This document shows, piece by piece, positions 38,863-47,622 of a DNA stretch of 64,000 nucleotides. A program made the position numbers and the translations under genes. The stretch comes from a virus. Positions within the stretch are counted from its first letter, which is position 1. Every line of letters starts with the position of its first letter. The notes under the pieces were generated by a model, which worked only from the letters and a program-made list of their open reading frames with translations, searched no databases and was not told the origin of the DNA. The DNA is taken from the IMG/VR virus record IMGVR_UViG_3300027754_000063, positions 25,277-89,276 of that record. One strand, 5' to 3'.

Positions 38863-39430
38863 ACAACAAATTCCAATTGCTTTTACTCCAATCAATAAAT
38901 TTTCTTTCTGCCGCAACGGGACCTACTTCACTTGTTTTACCAGTAGTTTGTAGTTCTAGTTCATGTGTTGCTTCATGTATTATTGTGGAGGCTATTTCTA
39001 ATATCGCTTGTGGAGTGTCTCCAAGCTGTTTTAGTATTTTTTGTATGTTTACATGTATTGTATCAGAAGGTATTATCTGTTTTTCATCCAGATCAGGAAG
39101 ATATTGTTTTAACACTGCATTTGGTAATGTTTGTAATTTTTTATCTAACATAATATCTTTAGGAAACAACAACTTCATTTTATCTAATACTTCTTTTCCT
39201 ATAACCTTATTATTTTCAGATGACATATACATGCCATAGACTCCGGAAGATAGAGGAGCTATTGTACTTATATTGGTTAATAGTTTTTGATTTGTCATTT
39301 TATCATATAGCTGAACAATTTGCACAGATATTTTTGCTTTCTCGTATAGCACATCTATTTTAGATGAATCAACAAGTTCTGTTCCAACTGTTGTTTGTTC
39401 AAGCCATTTTGCAAAATGCATAGAATTCAT
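38846..39430 (-). CDS. HExxH (zincin-like) protein with capsid-targeting-like leader
   Basis: MHFAKWLE leader; STIIHEATHE...SE motif. Confidence 0.7.
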   Translation of the reverse strand: MNSMHFAKWLEQTTVGTELVDSSKIDVLYEKAKISVQIVQLYDKMTNQKLLTNISTIAPLSSGVYGMYMSSENNKVIGKEVLDKMKLLFPKDIMLDKKLQTLPNAVLKQYLPDLDEKQIIPSDTIHVNIQKILKQLGDTPQAILEIASTIIHEATHELELQTTGKTSEVGPVAAERKFIDWSKSNWNLLSKKFF

Positions 39431-39690
39431 TTCTTAGAAGCAGGTTTTACTGTTTTCTGTATAAGTTTTACAAATTCACTATCGCTTAGATATGTTTTAG
39501 GATTTTTTACTAGTTTTGCAACGAGTTCTTTTCCTTTTGGAGAGGACAAGTCATCCCATACTTTCTTTCTTGTACTAATATCATATTTAGAAAATACATC
39601 TCTTAGTGCGTCTACAATTGATACAACTGCTTTTGTTTTGTTACTAGAGTTCTCAGCTTCTTGTATAATCCAATCTTGAAATTTTTTCAT
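39427..39690 (-). CDS. Small protein with capsid-targeting-like leader
   Basis: MKKFQDWIIQE. Confidence 0.7.
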   Translation of the reverse strand: MKKFQDWIIQEAENSSNKTKAVVSIVDALRDVFSKYDISTRKKVWDDLSSPKGKELVAKLVKNPKTYLSDSEFVKLIQKTVKPASKK

Positions 39691-39755
39691 TTTTTATTTT
39701 TCTTTCATATCATTTTCGTCAATATTTGGTTCTTAATATATATCTATATTTTGTT

Positions 39756-39781
39756 AAAATCTACCATTTAAAAATGGTAGA
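39756..39781 (-). terminator. Probable terminator hairpin
   Basis: TCTACCATT-TAAA-AATGGTAGA with TTTT following on the minus strand. Confidence 0.55.
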
Positions 39782-39795
39782 AGAAGATAGAAGAA

Positions 39796-39897
39796 AGTGA
39801 GCTTATTCGTCGTACGGGGCTTCATCCCCGCACGGTAACTCTTGATATTCGTCAGAGACGCTGTCAAACCACGGTGATAGGTCTGGAAGTATCACGA
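39796..39897 (-). ncRNA. Candidate structured RNA (alternatively a 30-codon ORF)
   Basis: GC-rich intergenic tract with stems GTGATA/TATCAC, CTCT..AGAG and CGTGCGGGG-ATGAAG-CCCCGTACG (G-U pair favours the minus strand). Confidence 0.4.
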
Positions 39898-40638
39898 TCA
39901 GTCATGAATTTGCAAAGCACTTTTATCTGAAATGAATATATTTTCACCAAAAGCAAGTTCGAACCAGATATTATATATTCCGGCATCGATTTCTGAGGTG
40001 TCTATAAAGTAGTAGGCGTACATTTTTTCACGAAATCCAACAAGTTGTCTGTCTACCAATAGTTTCAAGTCATTTTCTACTGGCACACAATCACCGCAAG
40101 CAGATTCTATTGACACTCTTAAATCTGCTACTATTGCTAAATTTTCGTAGTAGTTTTGTACATCTGATCCTCTCGGTACATTCGGTGTTACCTGTATTAG
40201 CAGATATCTTTTTGTACCTTTTCTTATTCTATTTGGTCTAAAGTTAAAATTAAAGTCATAAATTGGAGGCACAGAAGTTGTGAACCAAAGATCTGGATAG
40301 ATTGTGAAGTTGTTGGTTATAGTTGCAACACAAGCTTCATTGTCTTCAAATTTAACAGTCCATTTGTCTACATAATTTCCAATAACATAATCCGGATCCA
40401 GTGCTGCAATTTCCAGCAAATATTGTCCAGCGGATTCATTCGTTACATTGTTCCCACTTATTGTTTCTATTAATCGAAGTCCATCTGGATTATCAACTGT
40501 TTTTTCTGCTGGATCTAAGAAATATATTTTAACTTCTTCTATTTCATTTACATTAACTTTGTTATTACTGTTATAGGTGAATAGCCTTAAGAAAATATTG
40601 TCTCCAACCGTTGGATTTTGGTATCTTTCTTTTGTCAC
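39898..40638 (-). CDS. Hypothetical virion protein (beta-rich, possible baseplate component)
   Basis: GTG start; two Ig-like halves (GNYVDKW; AGIYNIWFEL); follows the gp26-like gene. Confidence 0.7.
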   Translation of the reverse strand: MTKERYQNPTVGDNIFLRLFTYNSNNKVNVNEIEEVKIYFLDPAEKTVDNPDGLRLIETISGNNVTNESAGQYLLEIAALDPDYVIGNYVDKWTVKFEDNEACVATITNNFTIYPDLWFTTSVPPIYDFNFNFRPNRIRKGTKRYLLIQVTPNVPRGSDVQNYYENLAIVADLRVSIESACGDCVPVENDLKLLVDRQLVGFREKMYAYYFIDTSEIDAGIYNIWFELAFGENIFISDKSALQIHD

Positions 40639-40641
40639 TTC

Positions 40642-40878
40642 TTACTTCCTTTTTGACTGAGATTGTGCTTTTTTTCTAGAAGACTCCATAGCTGCATTCT
40701 CGCTTTCCTTTTGCTGAATAAACCTTTCGATCATCCATTTTCTCATGTTTATTGGCAAACGCATAGACTTTTCCATATCAAGGTGCAAGTGATATTGAAA
40801 GAAAAAAACTTCTTCCGCTAACCCTTTCCATAGTTCTAGGCTTGGCTGGGCCCCTTCTTGCGCCGTGGGAAGAAAAAA
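40642..40878 (-). CDS. -1 frame extension of the gp26-like gene (gp51/gpGT-like)
   Basis: Open -1 frame ...LELWKGLAEEVFFFQYHLHLDMEKSMRLPINMRKWMIERFIQQKESEN...KRK with no upstream start; entered at slippery T TTT TTC (40878-40872). Confidence 0.7.
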   Translation of the reverse strand, partial: FFLPTAQEGAQPSLELWKGLAEEVFFFQYHLHLDMEKSMRLPINMRKWMIERFIQQKESENAAMESSRKKAQSQSKRK

Positions 40879-41927
40879 CTTGCTTCCAGTGGCAGATCTA
40901 TTTCAAATTCAGCATAACAGGAAGGACAAACAATTGATATATTGGTATCAACTCCAAACGGTGGTTCATTAATGACATTTCTTATATATGAAACGTCACT
41001 AATTGGCAAGCTTTTCAAAAGAATTTGAAGTTCATTTTTATTATCAATTCCATCAATTTCTTCTAATAGTGAAGCTGTTCTGAAAGTTAGAGTATCATCA
41101 GCAGCAGAATCACCGAAAGCCTTTACTCTTCGTTCTCTGTGGTCCGTAATATCTTGCTCATCTTTACCTGTTGAAAGTCTATAAGTAAAAGGAAGTTTTG
41201 TAGTTGGCAAAACGTCTTTAAGATTTGGTCCATATGTTTCTGGACATGATTCAACATAAAGTGCATTAAGATCTATCGTTGTAGAAAACTTTGCTTCACA
41301 TTCGGGGCACTTAATTTCTACGTCATATTTTGGAGTGTATGAAATACCTCTTAAATAGATAAGAAGAAATGTTCTGTCGACTGAAAGCAAGTTTTCTGAT
41401 TTGAATTGATTTCCTTCTTTTAGACATTTTTGGAATATCATATTAATTGCTTGACCTTTTCGAACAAATCTAGGAGTAGCCAAAATTTGTTCTTCTTCTC
41501 CGGTCATTGGTCTGATTGAAACAACTCCATTTGAAGGACCGTTATCTCCGTCATAAAATCGACCTTTAGACGGCAACTGTATTTCTTCATATACAGAGCT
41601 AGACCCTTTTATAATTTCTAAAAGATCTTTAAGATGCCCAGTACTGACTTCTTTCTTCTCAAAGCCTTTCATTTTTTGTTTTTGTTCTTTTTCCTCACCC
41701 ATACTACTGAATCCAGATTTAGGCTCGGTGCTTTCTCCTCGCACTTCTTTTAGTGCCCTTGTGAATTCAGCAGGAATATTGCCTTTTATTTGAACGCCGC
41801 TTCCTCCTTCTGAAGGTTGGGATTCAGAAACTGGAGAGTATGATTCTTGTGTTTCGTTTGTCTCATTTGCTTCATTTTCTGACACATCTTTATTTGGTCT
41901 CTTTGGGCGAAAAGCTTCATCTGCCAT
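40836..41927 (-). CDS. T4 gp26-like baseplate hub/tail assembly chaperone
   Basis: LPSKGRFY, IRPMTGEEEQIL, DRTFLLIYLRGISY, two CPxC motifs, ends FFFP. Confidence 0.85.
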   Translation of the reverse strand: MADEAFRPKRPNKDVSENEANETNETQESYSPVSESQPSEGGSGVQIKGNIPAEFTRALKEVRGESTEPKSGFSSMGEEKEQKQKMKGFEKKEVSTGHLKDLLEIIKGSSSVYEEIQLPSKGRFYDGDNGPSNGVVSIRPMTGEEEQILATPRFVRKGQAINMIFQKCLKEGNQFKSENLLSVDRTFLLIYLRGISYTPKYDVEIKCPECEAKFSTTIDLNALYVESCPETYGPNLKDVLPTTKLPFTYRLSTGKDEQDITDHRERRVKAFGDSAADDTLTFRTASLLEEIDGIDNKNELQILLKSLPISDVSYIRNVINEPPFGVDTNISIVCPSCYAEFEIDLPLEASFFFPRRKKGPSQA

Positions 41928-41975
41928 TTTGGTCTCCTTAATGTTTATGCAATACTACTATGATAAGATAGTATC

Positions 41976-42329
41976 ATGGAAATAAATTTAAAAAATGTTG
42001 AAGATTTGATTTTTTTTGACAAAAAGGCTCAAGCCGCTTTGCCTGACTTTAAGGATCTTTTCGACCAGTGGCATCTTGGACGAATGATTCCGGCTTTAAA
42101 TGGCATTGGGAATAAAAGCATTTTTGACTTAATAAACTCTTTAGAAAGCAAGCATTTAGAGTCTTTAGAGCGGTATTTTGGAGAAAAGATTATTTTCAAT
42201 AGAATAGAAACAGGTATAGTTAAAAATCATTCTATTAATTTGTCCGATAATTTATGTGGGTTCTCTGAATACAAGGATTTTTTTGCTTATCGGAATAAGA
42301 ATGAAATATTCATATCTTTTTGGAGGTGA
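41976..42329 (+). CDS. Hypothetical protein
   Basis: 117-aa ORF filling the gap. Confidence 0.65.
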   Translation: MEINLKNVEDLIFFDKKAQAALPDFKDLFDQWHLGRMIPALNGIGNKSIFDLINSLESKHLESLERYFGEKIIFNRIETGIVKNHSINLSDNLCGFSEYKDFFAYRNKNEIFISFWR

Positions 42330-42332
42330 ATA

Positions 42333-42581
42333 TCAAGAAATATTTTCTTTTTTTATCATTTCTTTTTTAAGCAATACCTGACAAGCTTCTATCGCATCTT
42401 CTAAATCTTTTGGCTTACACTTTAAGACGCGGCAGGCTCCACTTTTATTGAGTCTACCTTTTTTTGTATATACCTTGCCATCATTTAAAAGAAAAGCGTC
42501 TACTAGATTTCCGTAACCATTATCTATTAGCTTTTGTATTAGTTCTTGATTTTCTAATTGATCAAACGGGTTGTTTTTCAT
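42333..42581 (-). CDS. Small hypothetical protein, possible helix-turn-helix
   Basis: LNKSGACRVLKCKPKDL; AGGA RBS. Confidence 0.65.
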   Translation of the reverse strand: MKNNPFDQLENQELIQKLIDNGYGNLVDAFLLNDGKVYTKKGRLNKSGACRVLKCKPKDLEDAIEACQVLLKKEMIKKENIS

Positions 42582-42640
42582 TATATTTTATCCTATTTGG
42601 AGAGTATGTTATATTATTATAATAAAATAATAACTATGAA

Positions 42641-43201
42641 TCAATAGTCAACAACAATATTTTGTTTTTTATAAATTCCTTTTTTACTAGTAATTTGTTT
42701 TTCTTGTATTTGCACAAAATCCAAGTATCTTTTTTTAAGTTCATTATAATTTCTGGCAGTTCTGTACATCTGTCTAAAATGATTTAATATACAAGTTGTC
42801 ATATAATTAAACGCTTTGCCTTTTTGTGGGTCAAAACGGTCAATTTTTTCGAAACATATCATTACGCCTTCTTGTATTGCATCATCTTGATCTATTAGGT
42901 TAAATTTTGCATATCGAACAATGTTTTCAGAAAGAGTGTAAAACGCCATTGCCAACTGACGCTGCATTTCGACGTAATTTATACTAACAACCCCATAGGT
43001 TGATTCTGTTTGAACCCATAATGGTGGTTTTTTATATTTGCCTCTTTTTAATGTTCTTTCTTCTGTTTGCTTTATATCATCCATGAACAACTGATATTTA
43101 ATCTTTTCTTTTTTTGAGTATTGAAAAGTTACGATTAGCTTCTCGAAAGATCTGTTATTAAGGTATTCATTTGACATTGAGTTTCTTTCTACAATCATCA
43201 A
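42641..43201 (-). CDS. Late-transcription sigma factor (T4 gp55-like)
   Basis: EYLNN start motif, DAIQEGVMICFEKIDRFDP, AFNYMTTCILNHF (sigma region 2 only); likely start MSNEY. Confidence 0.82.
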   Translation of the reverse strand: MMIVERNSMSNEYLNNRSFEKLIVTFQYSKKEKIKYQLFMDDIKQTEERTLKRGKYKKPPLWVQTESTYGVVSINYVEMQRQLAMAFYTLSENIVRYAKFNLIDQDDAIQEGVMICFEKIDRFDPQKGKAFNYMTTCILNHFRQMYRTARNYNELKKRYLDFVQIQEKQITSKKGIYKKQNIVVDY

Positions 43202-44081
43202 ACTTTTCGTTTATATGATTTATTGTGTTGCTGCTAGAGTTTTCCTTCCAGCATTTTATTCTTTCAAGTGCTTCTTTTTTTGCATCAAAATACCACTTTC
43301 TAGCTTTTTTATAATATGTTTTATTATACAATTTTGAGCTTGTAAAACTACGAAAATGGTCTATATTTTCGTCTTTTTTCCTTTGAAAGTTTAATTCTTT
43401 GCCAATAATGTGCGGCACAATATTGTGTGTTCTGAGTATGTAGTTTCCCAGTATCTCCGTATCAGGCCACCCAGGACGCGATAACGAAGGAGAATAGTCT
43501 TTAATGTTATAATAGTTAGCCAATCTTCTTAGGCTCCAACCGAACCCAATTCTGTCCATTACAGGCATGTGATACATTGTGGCGGTATGAGATACCATTC
43601 CAACCCAATCTTCATGTTTTCTAGGGCTTATTTCATAGCCAACCACAGGAGATATCTTTTTACAAAGGTTAACAAGCTCAGCTAAAAAAGTTTTTTTTCG
43701 CATAAAGCAATCTGCATGTGTTGCAAAAAGATACTCGGTTCTACAGGCACTAAAAGCTAAGTCCATTGCAATTGCTGGGAAGTCTGATGGGTGTATAACT
43801 CCATTCAATCTTAATGCATGTACTTCTAAGTCATCTGATCTTAATTTCTCTATTTTCTTATATTCTTTATTGCAACTACCTGTGTCTACAATAATAATGT
43901 ATGGTTTTTGTGTTTGTAGCCTTAAAAGCTCCACATTCAAAAGGATCTGTTCAGATGTGTCTAAACAAGGTATTACTGCTGTTATGGTGTATTCCCAAGG
44001 CTTTTTAATACAATTGCCTTTCCACGGTTCGCTTTGTTGCGACATGTTTCGTAGAGGTGCCAAATCTTTTTTAACTACCAT
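43167..44081 (-). CDS. Glycosyltransferase family 2-like protein
   Basis: ITAVIPC, IIIVDTGS, YLFATHAD (DxD-like), WPDTE. Confidence 0.8.
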   Translation of the reverse strand: MVVKKDLAPLRNMSQQSEPWKGNCIKKPWEYTITAVIPCLDTSEQILLNVELLRLQTQKPYIIIVDTGSCNKEYKKIEKLRSDDLEVHALRLNGVIHPSDFPAIAMDLAFSACRTEYLFATHADCFMRKKTFLAELVNLCKKISPVVGYEISPRKHEDWVGMVSHTATMYHMPVMDRIGFGWSLRRLANYYNIKDYSPSLSRPGWPDTEILGNYILRTHNIVPHIIGKELNFQRKKDENIDHFRSFTSSKLYNKTYYKKARKWYFDAKKEALERIKCWKENSSSNTINHINEKFDDCRKKLNVK

Positions 44082-44218
44082 TTAGCACCGCACTTGTTTA
44101 TAAAAAATGCCAATATTGACTCTCTATTTTTGTTTTGCACAAGCTAATATAGTACAAAATTTGCATTTCTCCTTGATAAGAAATACCGTATTTTTTGATG
44201 TTCTTACTATGTTAAATA

Positions 44219-44389
44219 GTGAAAAATATATTAGTTCAATTAATTGAAAAGCCTAATGCTCCAAAATTTTATAGAGATTTATACAAATATTATAATGAAA
44301 AAAAAATGGAAAATGAAGCTATGGCAATACTAAACTTAATCAAAATTAAATTTGATCAAGACCTTGAAAAAAATGACAATAACGATTAA
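44219..44389 (+). CDS. Small hypothetical protein
   Basis: Hand translation GTG MKNILVQLIEKPNAPKFYRDLY..., 56 aa, overlapping the next start. Confidence 0.5.
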   Translation: MKNILVQLIEKPNAPKFYRDLYKYYNEKKMENEAMAILNLIKIKFDQDLEKNDNND

Positions 44390-45347
44390 CCTAGTAACCA
44401 AAAACAACGACCAGACAATTAAAAGTACTTTAGAATCTATTAAAGAATTAAAAGCAAAAATTTTAATTGGAGACTTAGGTTCAAAAGACAATACAATAAA
44501 AATATGTCGTCAATATGAGAACGCAGAAATAATTCCAATCTCGCTGAACAACAGCATGAGTATTGCAAAAAATCTACTTATTAAAAAATGTAAGACAGAA
44601 TGGATGTTTTTTATTGATCCATGGGAAGTAATAATATCTGGATTAGAAGATATAAATTCATTGTCTAATTCCAAAGATAAAAATGCATATAATGTAAATT
44701 TTTTACAAAATGATCTTATAACAAAAGAGACTAGATTGTGGCACAAAGATAAAAATTTGCAATTTAAGAATCCTGTTTTTGAAACAGTGCCTAACGTAGG
44801 CTTAGAAACAGAAATATATCTAGTTTCAAATAACAATATCAAAAATCCACTAAAAATAGAATTACTAGATCAGTGGAGATCAAATAAGCCTTTATCTAAT
44901 GAGCCACTATACTACTTATCTTGTGTGCATTTATCTAATAAAGAATGGGACAAGTTTTTAAATTTAGCTGATCTATACTTGTACAAGGAAGTGTCTGTTA
45001 CAATGTCATTCATAATGACTCAGTACTATTGTGCTATGGTCAAATGCTACGTTAAGGAGCAACAAGACTACAATAAAGCAATAGGATATATATTAAACTG
45101 TATTGAGCACAAGCCTTTAATGGCAGAGTTTTGGTGTTTGCTTGGTGATATTTTTTATGCCGTTAGCGAATATGAAAAGTCTATATGTTTTTATGAAAAT
45201 GCAATTATTCTAGGAAGTAAAAGGCTAAAGAGTGACGCATGGCCAATGGAAATATCAAAATATAAAGAATATCCAAATAAAATGATAAAAATTTGCAACA
45301 ATTTAAAAAGTACTGTATGTAACTATATTAACGATACAAAAGAATAA
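44373..45347 (+). CDS. Glycosyltransferase family 2 with TPR region
   Basis: TKNNDQTI, IGDLGSKDNT, WMFFIDPWE, TRLW, then AEFWCLLGDIFY...FYENA TPR. Confidence 0.82.
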   Translation: MTITINLVTKNNDQTIKSTLESIKELKAKILIGDLGSKDNTIKICRQYENAEIIPISLNNSMSIAKNLLIKKCKTEWMFFIDPWEVIISGLEDINSLSNSKDKNAYNVNFLQNDLITKETRLWHKDKNLQFKNPVFETVPNVGLETEIYLVSNNNIKNPLKIELLDQWRSNKPLSNEPLYYLSCVHLSNKEWDKFLNLADLYLYKEVSVTMSFIMTQYYCAMVKCYVKEQQDYNKAIGYILNCIEHKPLMAEFWCLLGDIFYAVSEYEKSICFYENAIILGSKRLKSDAWPMEISKYKEYPNKMIKICNNLKSTVCNYINDTKE

Positions 45348-45364
45348 TTTGAAAAAAGGAAAAT

Positions 45365-45691
45365 ATGGTAAACTTAATTTTGTTCATAGTAAGTACAATT
45401 GGAATGACTCATATAATTGTTGATGGATCAATTCTGGAAAGATTTAGAATCTTTTTTAAAGAATGTTCTAAGAAGCTTTATGTTCCAACTTTAGGCAGCA
45501 TAGTTGACTGCTACCTTTGCTCTGGCACTTGGTGCGGCTTTTTAATGGGTTATATTTGGATTTCTAAAGATCCATTAGAAGTTTTTGCCTGTGGTTGTGC
45601 AGGTGGATTTTTAGCTAATTTTGCTGCAACCGTTTCTAACTGGATCGAATCCGCTACCATAATGAATTTCCCAAATGAAAACGACCAATAA
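45365..45691 (+). CDS. DUF1360-like membrane protein
   Basis: Hydrophobic helices with CYLCSGTWCG. Confidence 0.7.
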   Translation: MVNLILFIVSTIGMTHIIVDGSILERFRIFFKECSKKLYVPTLGSIVDCYLCSGTWCGFLMGYIWISKDPLEVFACGCAGGFLANFAATVSNWIESATIMNFPNENDQ

Positions 45692-45923
45692 ATATACAGT
45701 TTTTTGTCACAATTGTAATTTTAAGCAAATAATAATTCCATCAGAATTAAAAAATTTTGTTTGCATAAAATCCTCTATGATACAAAAAACTATACCTCAA
45801 ATAGATCTATTGACTAAAAAGCTTATATCAAAAGAAACTAGTCAGCCAATAAAGGTCAAATGCCCAAAGTGTGGTTTTGCCATTAGACCAAAAATTATAC
45901 CGAAAGAAAAACAAAATGACTAA
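45675..45923 (+). CDS. Small zinc-ribbon protein
   Basis: CHNC...CPKCG. Confidence 0.65.
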   Translation: MKTTNKYTVFCHNCNFKQIIIPSELKNFVCIKSSMIQKTIPQIDLLTKKLISKETSQPIKVKCPKCGFAIRPKIIPKEKQND

Positions 45924-46308
45924 TTCAATTAGCCGACCAGTTTCTTTAATGGATGTTAAACAAGCTTTAAGAGACACAAGATTCAGAGAAAAACTACCAG
46001 ATTCTTTTAAAGAAGAAATTCATAAATATCAACAAAATCCAGGATGTGCTTGTAACGTTCCTTTATACAAAAGAATAATGACAGAAGCGAAAGACGTTTT
46101 ACAAAATTACTATCCGAATAAGTCTGTGGTTAGTTTAGAAGAAGATGCAAAAAAGTTAGCAGACAATAACTTTTCTGTGATTAATTGCCATATTAAAGAT
46201 TTAGAAGAAAATCTTAAAAAGCTATCTATAGGAAGAAAACAAATAGCAATTTGTAGATATGAAGATCAGGTAACTGCTATTATAAATGAACTTGATTTCT
46301 TATACTAA
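45916..46308 (+). CDS. Hypothetical protein
   Basis: Likely start MTNSIS overlapping the previous stop; PGCACN motif. Confidence 0.65.
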   Translation: MTNSISRPVSLMDVKQALRDTRFREKLPDSFKEEIHKYQQNPGCACNVPLYKRIMTEAKDVLQNYYPNKSVVSLEEDAKKLADNNFSVINCHIKDLEENLKKLSIGRKQIAICRYEDQVTAIINELDFLY

Positions 46309-46313
46309 AAAAA

Positions 46314-46868
46314 TCATGCCTTTTTGAGATATGCCCTATCATATCTTAAAATTAGGTCGCACATAACTATGTCGCTACTCGCCATATCTAAATCTCCAAA
46401 GTCAATAGAGTTAGGCCACACATGATCGAAACCCCATTTTTCTATAACATTTCCACATCCATCATAAAGCTCTAATTCTGCATCATGCTTTTTGAAGTTT
46501 TCTCCTGATGTAGTAGGAACAACGTCTGCAAGGCAAGACGGAACATATGTGCCTTTTTCTGGATCATATAGTTTTTTTAACCATTCGAATATAGGATGTT
46601 CATTTTTTTTAAGGTCATATAATGTTAAGGCAACAGGTTTCCAATCGGGTTTTCCTGGATAATAAATAGTTTCTGTAAGATGCTGTGCTTCTATCTCTTT
46701 GAACGTAATAGTAGGTCTAGCTGATTTGTGTGGAGCTAAAGCATTAATCCCCTCAGCACTGATATCTTTTATTGTAAAAAGCCAACGAAATTTTCTTTTA
46801 AAACAGGTTGACTCATCATCTAGCCCAAGACCTTTAACTGCTCCGGGACCCATATCTTCTAATTTCAT
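46314..46868 (-). CDS. Tail tube protein-like paralogue (gp19 family)
   Basis: KRKFRW, ARP, PGKPDWKPV.LT.YD, LYDGCG, WP..IDFGDLD, LRYDRA. Confidence 0.88.
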   Translation of the reverse strand: MKLEDMGPGAVKGLGLDDESTCFKRKFRWLFTIKDISAEGINALAPHKSARPTITFKEIEAQHLTETIYYPGKPDWKPVALTLYDLKKNEHPIFEWLKKLYDPEKGTYVPSCLADVVPTTSGENFKKHDAELELYDGCGNVIEKWGFDHVWPNSIDFGDLDMASSDIVMCDLILRYDRAYLKKA

Positions 46869-46892
46869 ATTAATTTTTCTATTAGAGTATAA

Positions 46893-46938
46893 AACAAGAA
46901 ACCTTGTACCTATTAGATAGTAATAAGTACAAGGTTCC
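46893..46938 (-). terminator. Hairpin/terminator between the two tube genes
   Basis: AACCTTGTAC...GTACAAGGTT stem followed by TCTTGTTTT on the minus strand. Confidence 0.7.
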
Positions 46939-46957
46939 TATTAAGTAATTATAAAAT

Positions 46958-47578
46958 TTAGTTGCAGCCAGCACAGCATGGTTCTACTGTTCCGTTGCAT
47001 CGTGGGGTGTATGTGACTTCACTGTAACGAAGAGTTAGTTCCAACGTTACTTCTTCCGAAGAAGAATAGTCTAATTCACCAAAATTCACTGCCTGTGGCC
47101 ATACGTGGTTTAGCTCCCAGCTTTCAAGAGATGTACCACAGCCGTCATAAAGATCAATATAAGCAGTAGCTGCATATCCCTGTCCGCCGCCGCCTCTTTG
47201 ACCTTTCTTAGAAGCTTGTGAATACGGAACCTGCTTGCCTGTGAAGTTAAAAGTCGTGGCAAGCCAACTGTAAAGAGCTGTCATGCCCTGTACGGTATCA
47301 GGACCAGCAATATCATAGAACGTGACCGTAATCGTTTCCCAGCTTGCTTTTCCTGGAATCCACATCTTGCTATTTAGAAAATTTATTTCAGTTTCTTCAA
47401 TAGTTAGATTTGGTCTTGAGGCAAGCTTAACATAGAAAGGTGCAATGCGTCCGCCTGAGCAATTCGTCTTTAGCTCAAACGTCCACCTATATTTCCTCTT
47501 GAACACTACATTGTCTCCACCAAGTTGATCCATACCCATGTCGGTCAATTTGGCACCCGGTGCAAAAGCATTAGGCAT
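46958..47578 (-). CDS. gp19: Tail tube protein (T4 gp19-like)
   Basis: Immediately downstream of sheath; PGKASWETITVTFYD, WPQAVNFGELDYS, LTLRY. Confidence 0.9.
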   Translation of the reverse strand: MPNAFAPGAKLTDMGMDQLGGDNVVFKRKYRWTFELKTNCSGGRIAPFYVKLASRPNLTIEETEINFLNSKMWIPGKASWETITVTFYDIAGPDTVQGMTALYSWLATTFNFTGKQVPYSQASKKGQRGGGGQGYAATAYIDLYDGCGTSLESWELNHVWPQAVNFGELDYSSSEEVTLELTLRYSEVTYTPRCNGTVEPCCAGCN

Positions 47579-47622
47579 AATTTAATTCTCCTTTTTTAAC
47601 TATCTTTTTATTTTTTATAATC

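Noticed and set aside
39805-39850. SAM-I riboswitch or hammerhead ribozyme (ATCAAGAG, GATGAAGCC, CTGACGA words on the minus strand)
   Set aside because: The SAM-I GCAAC and P1 elements and the hammerhead GAAA core are missing; kept only as an unassigned RNA candidate.
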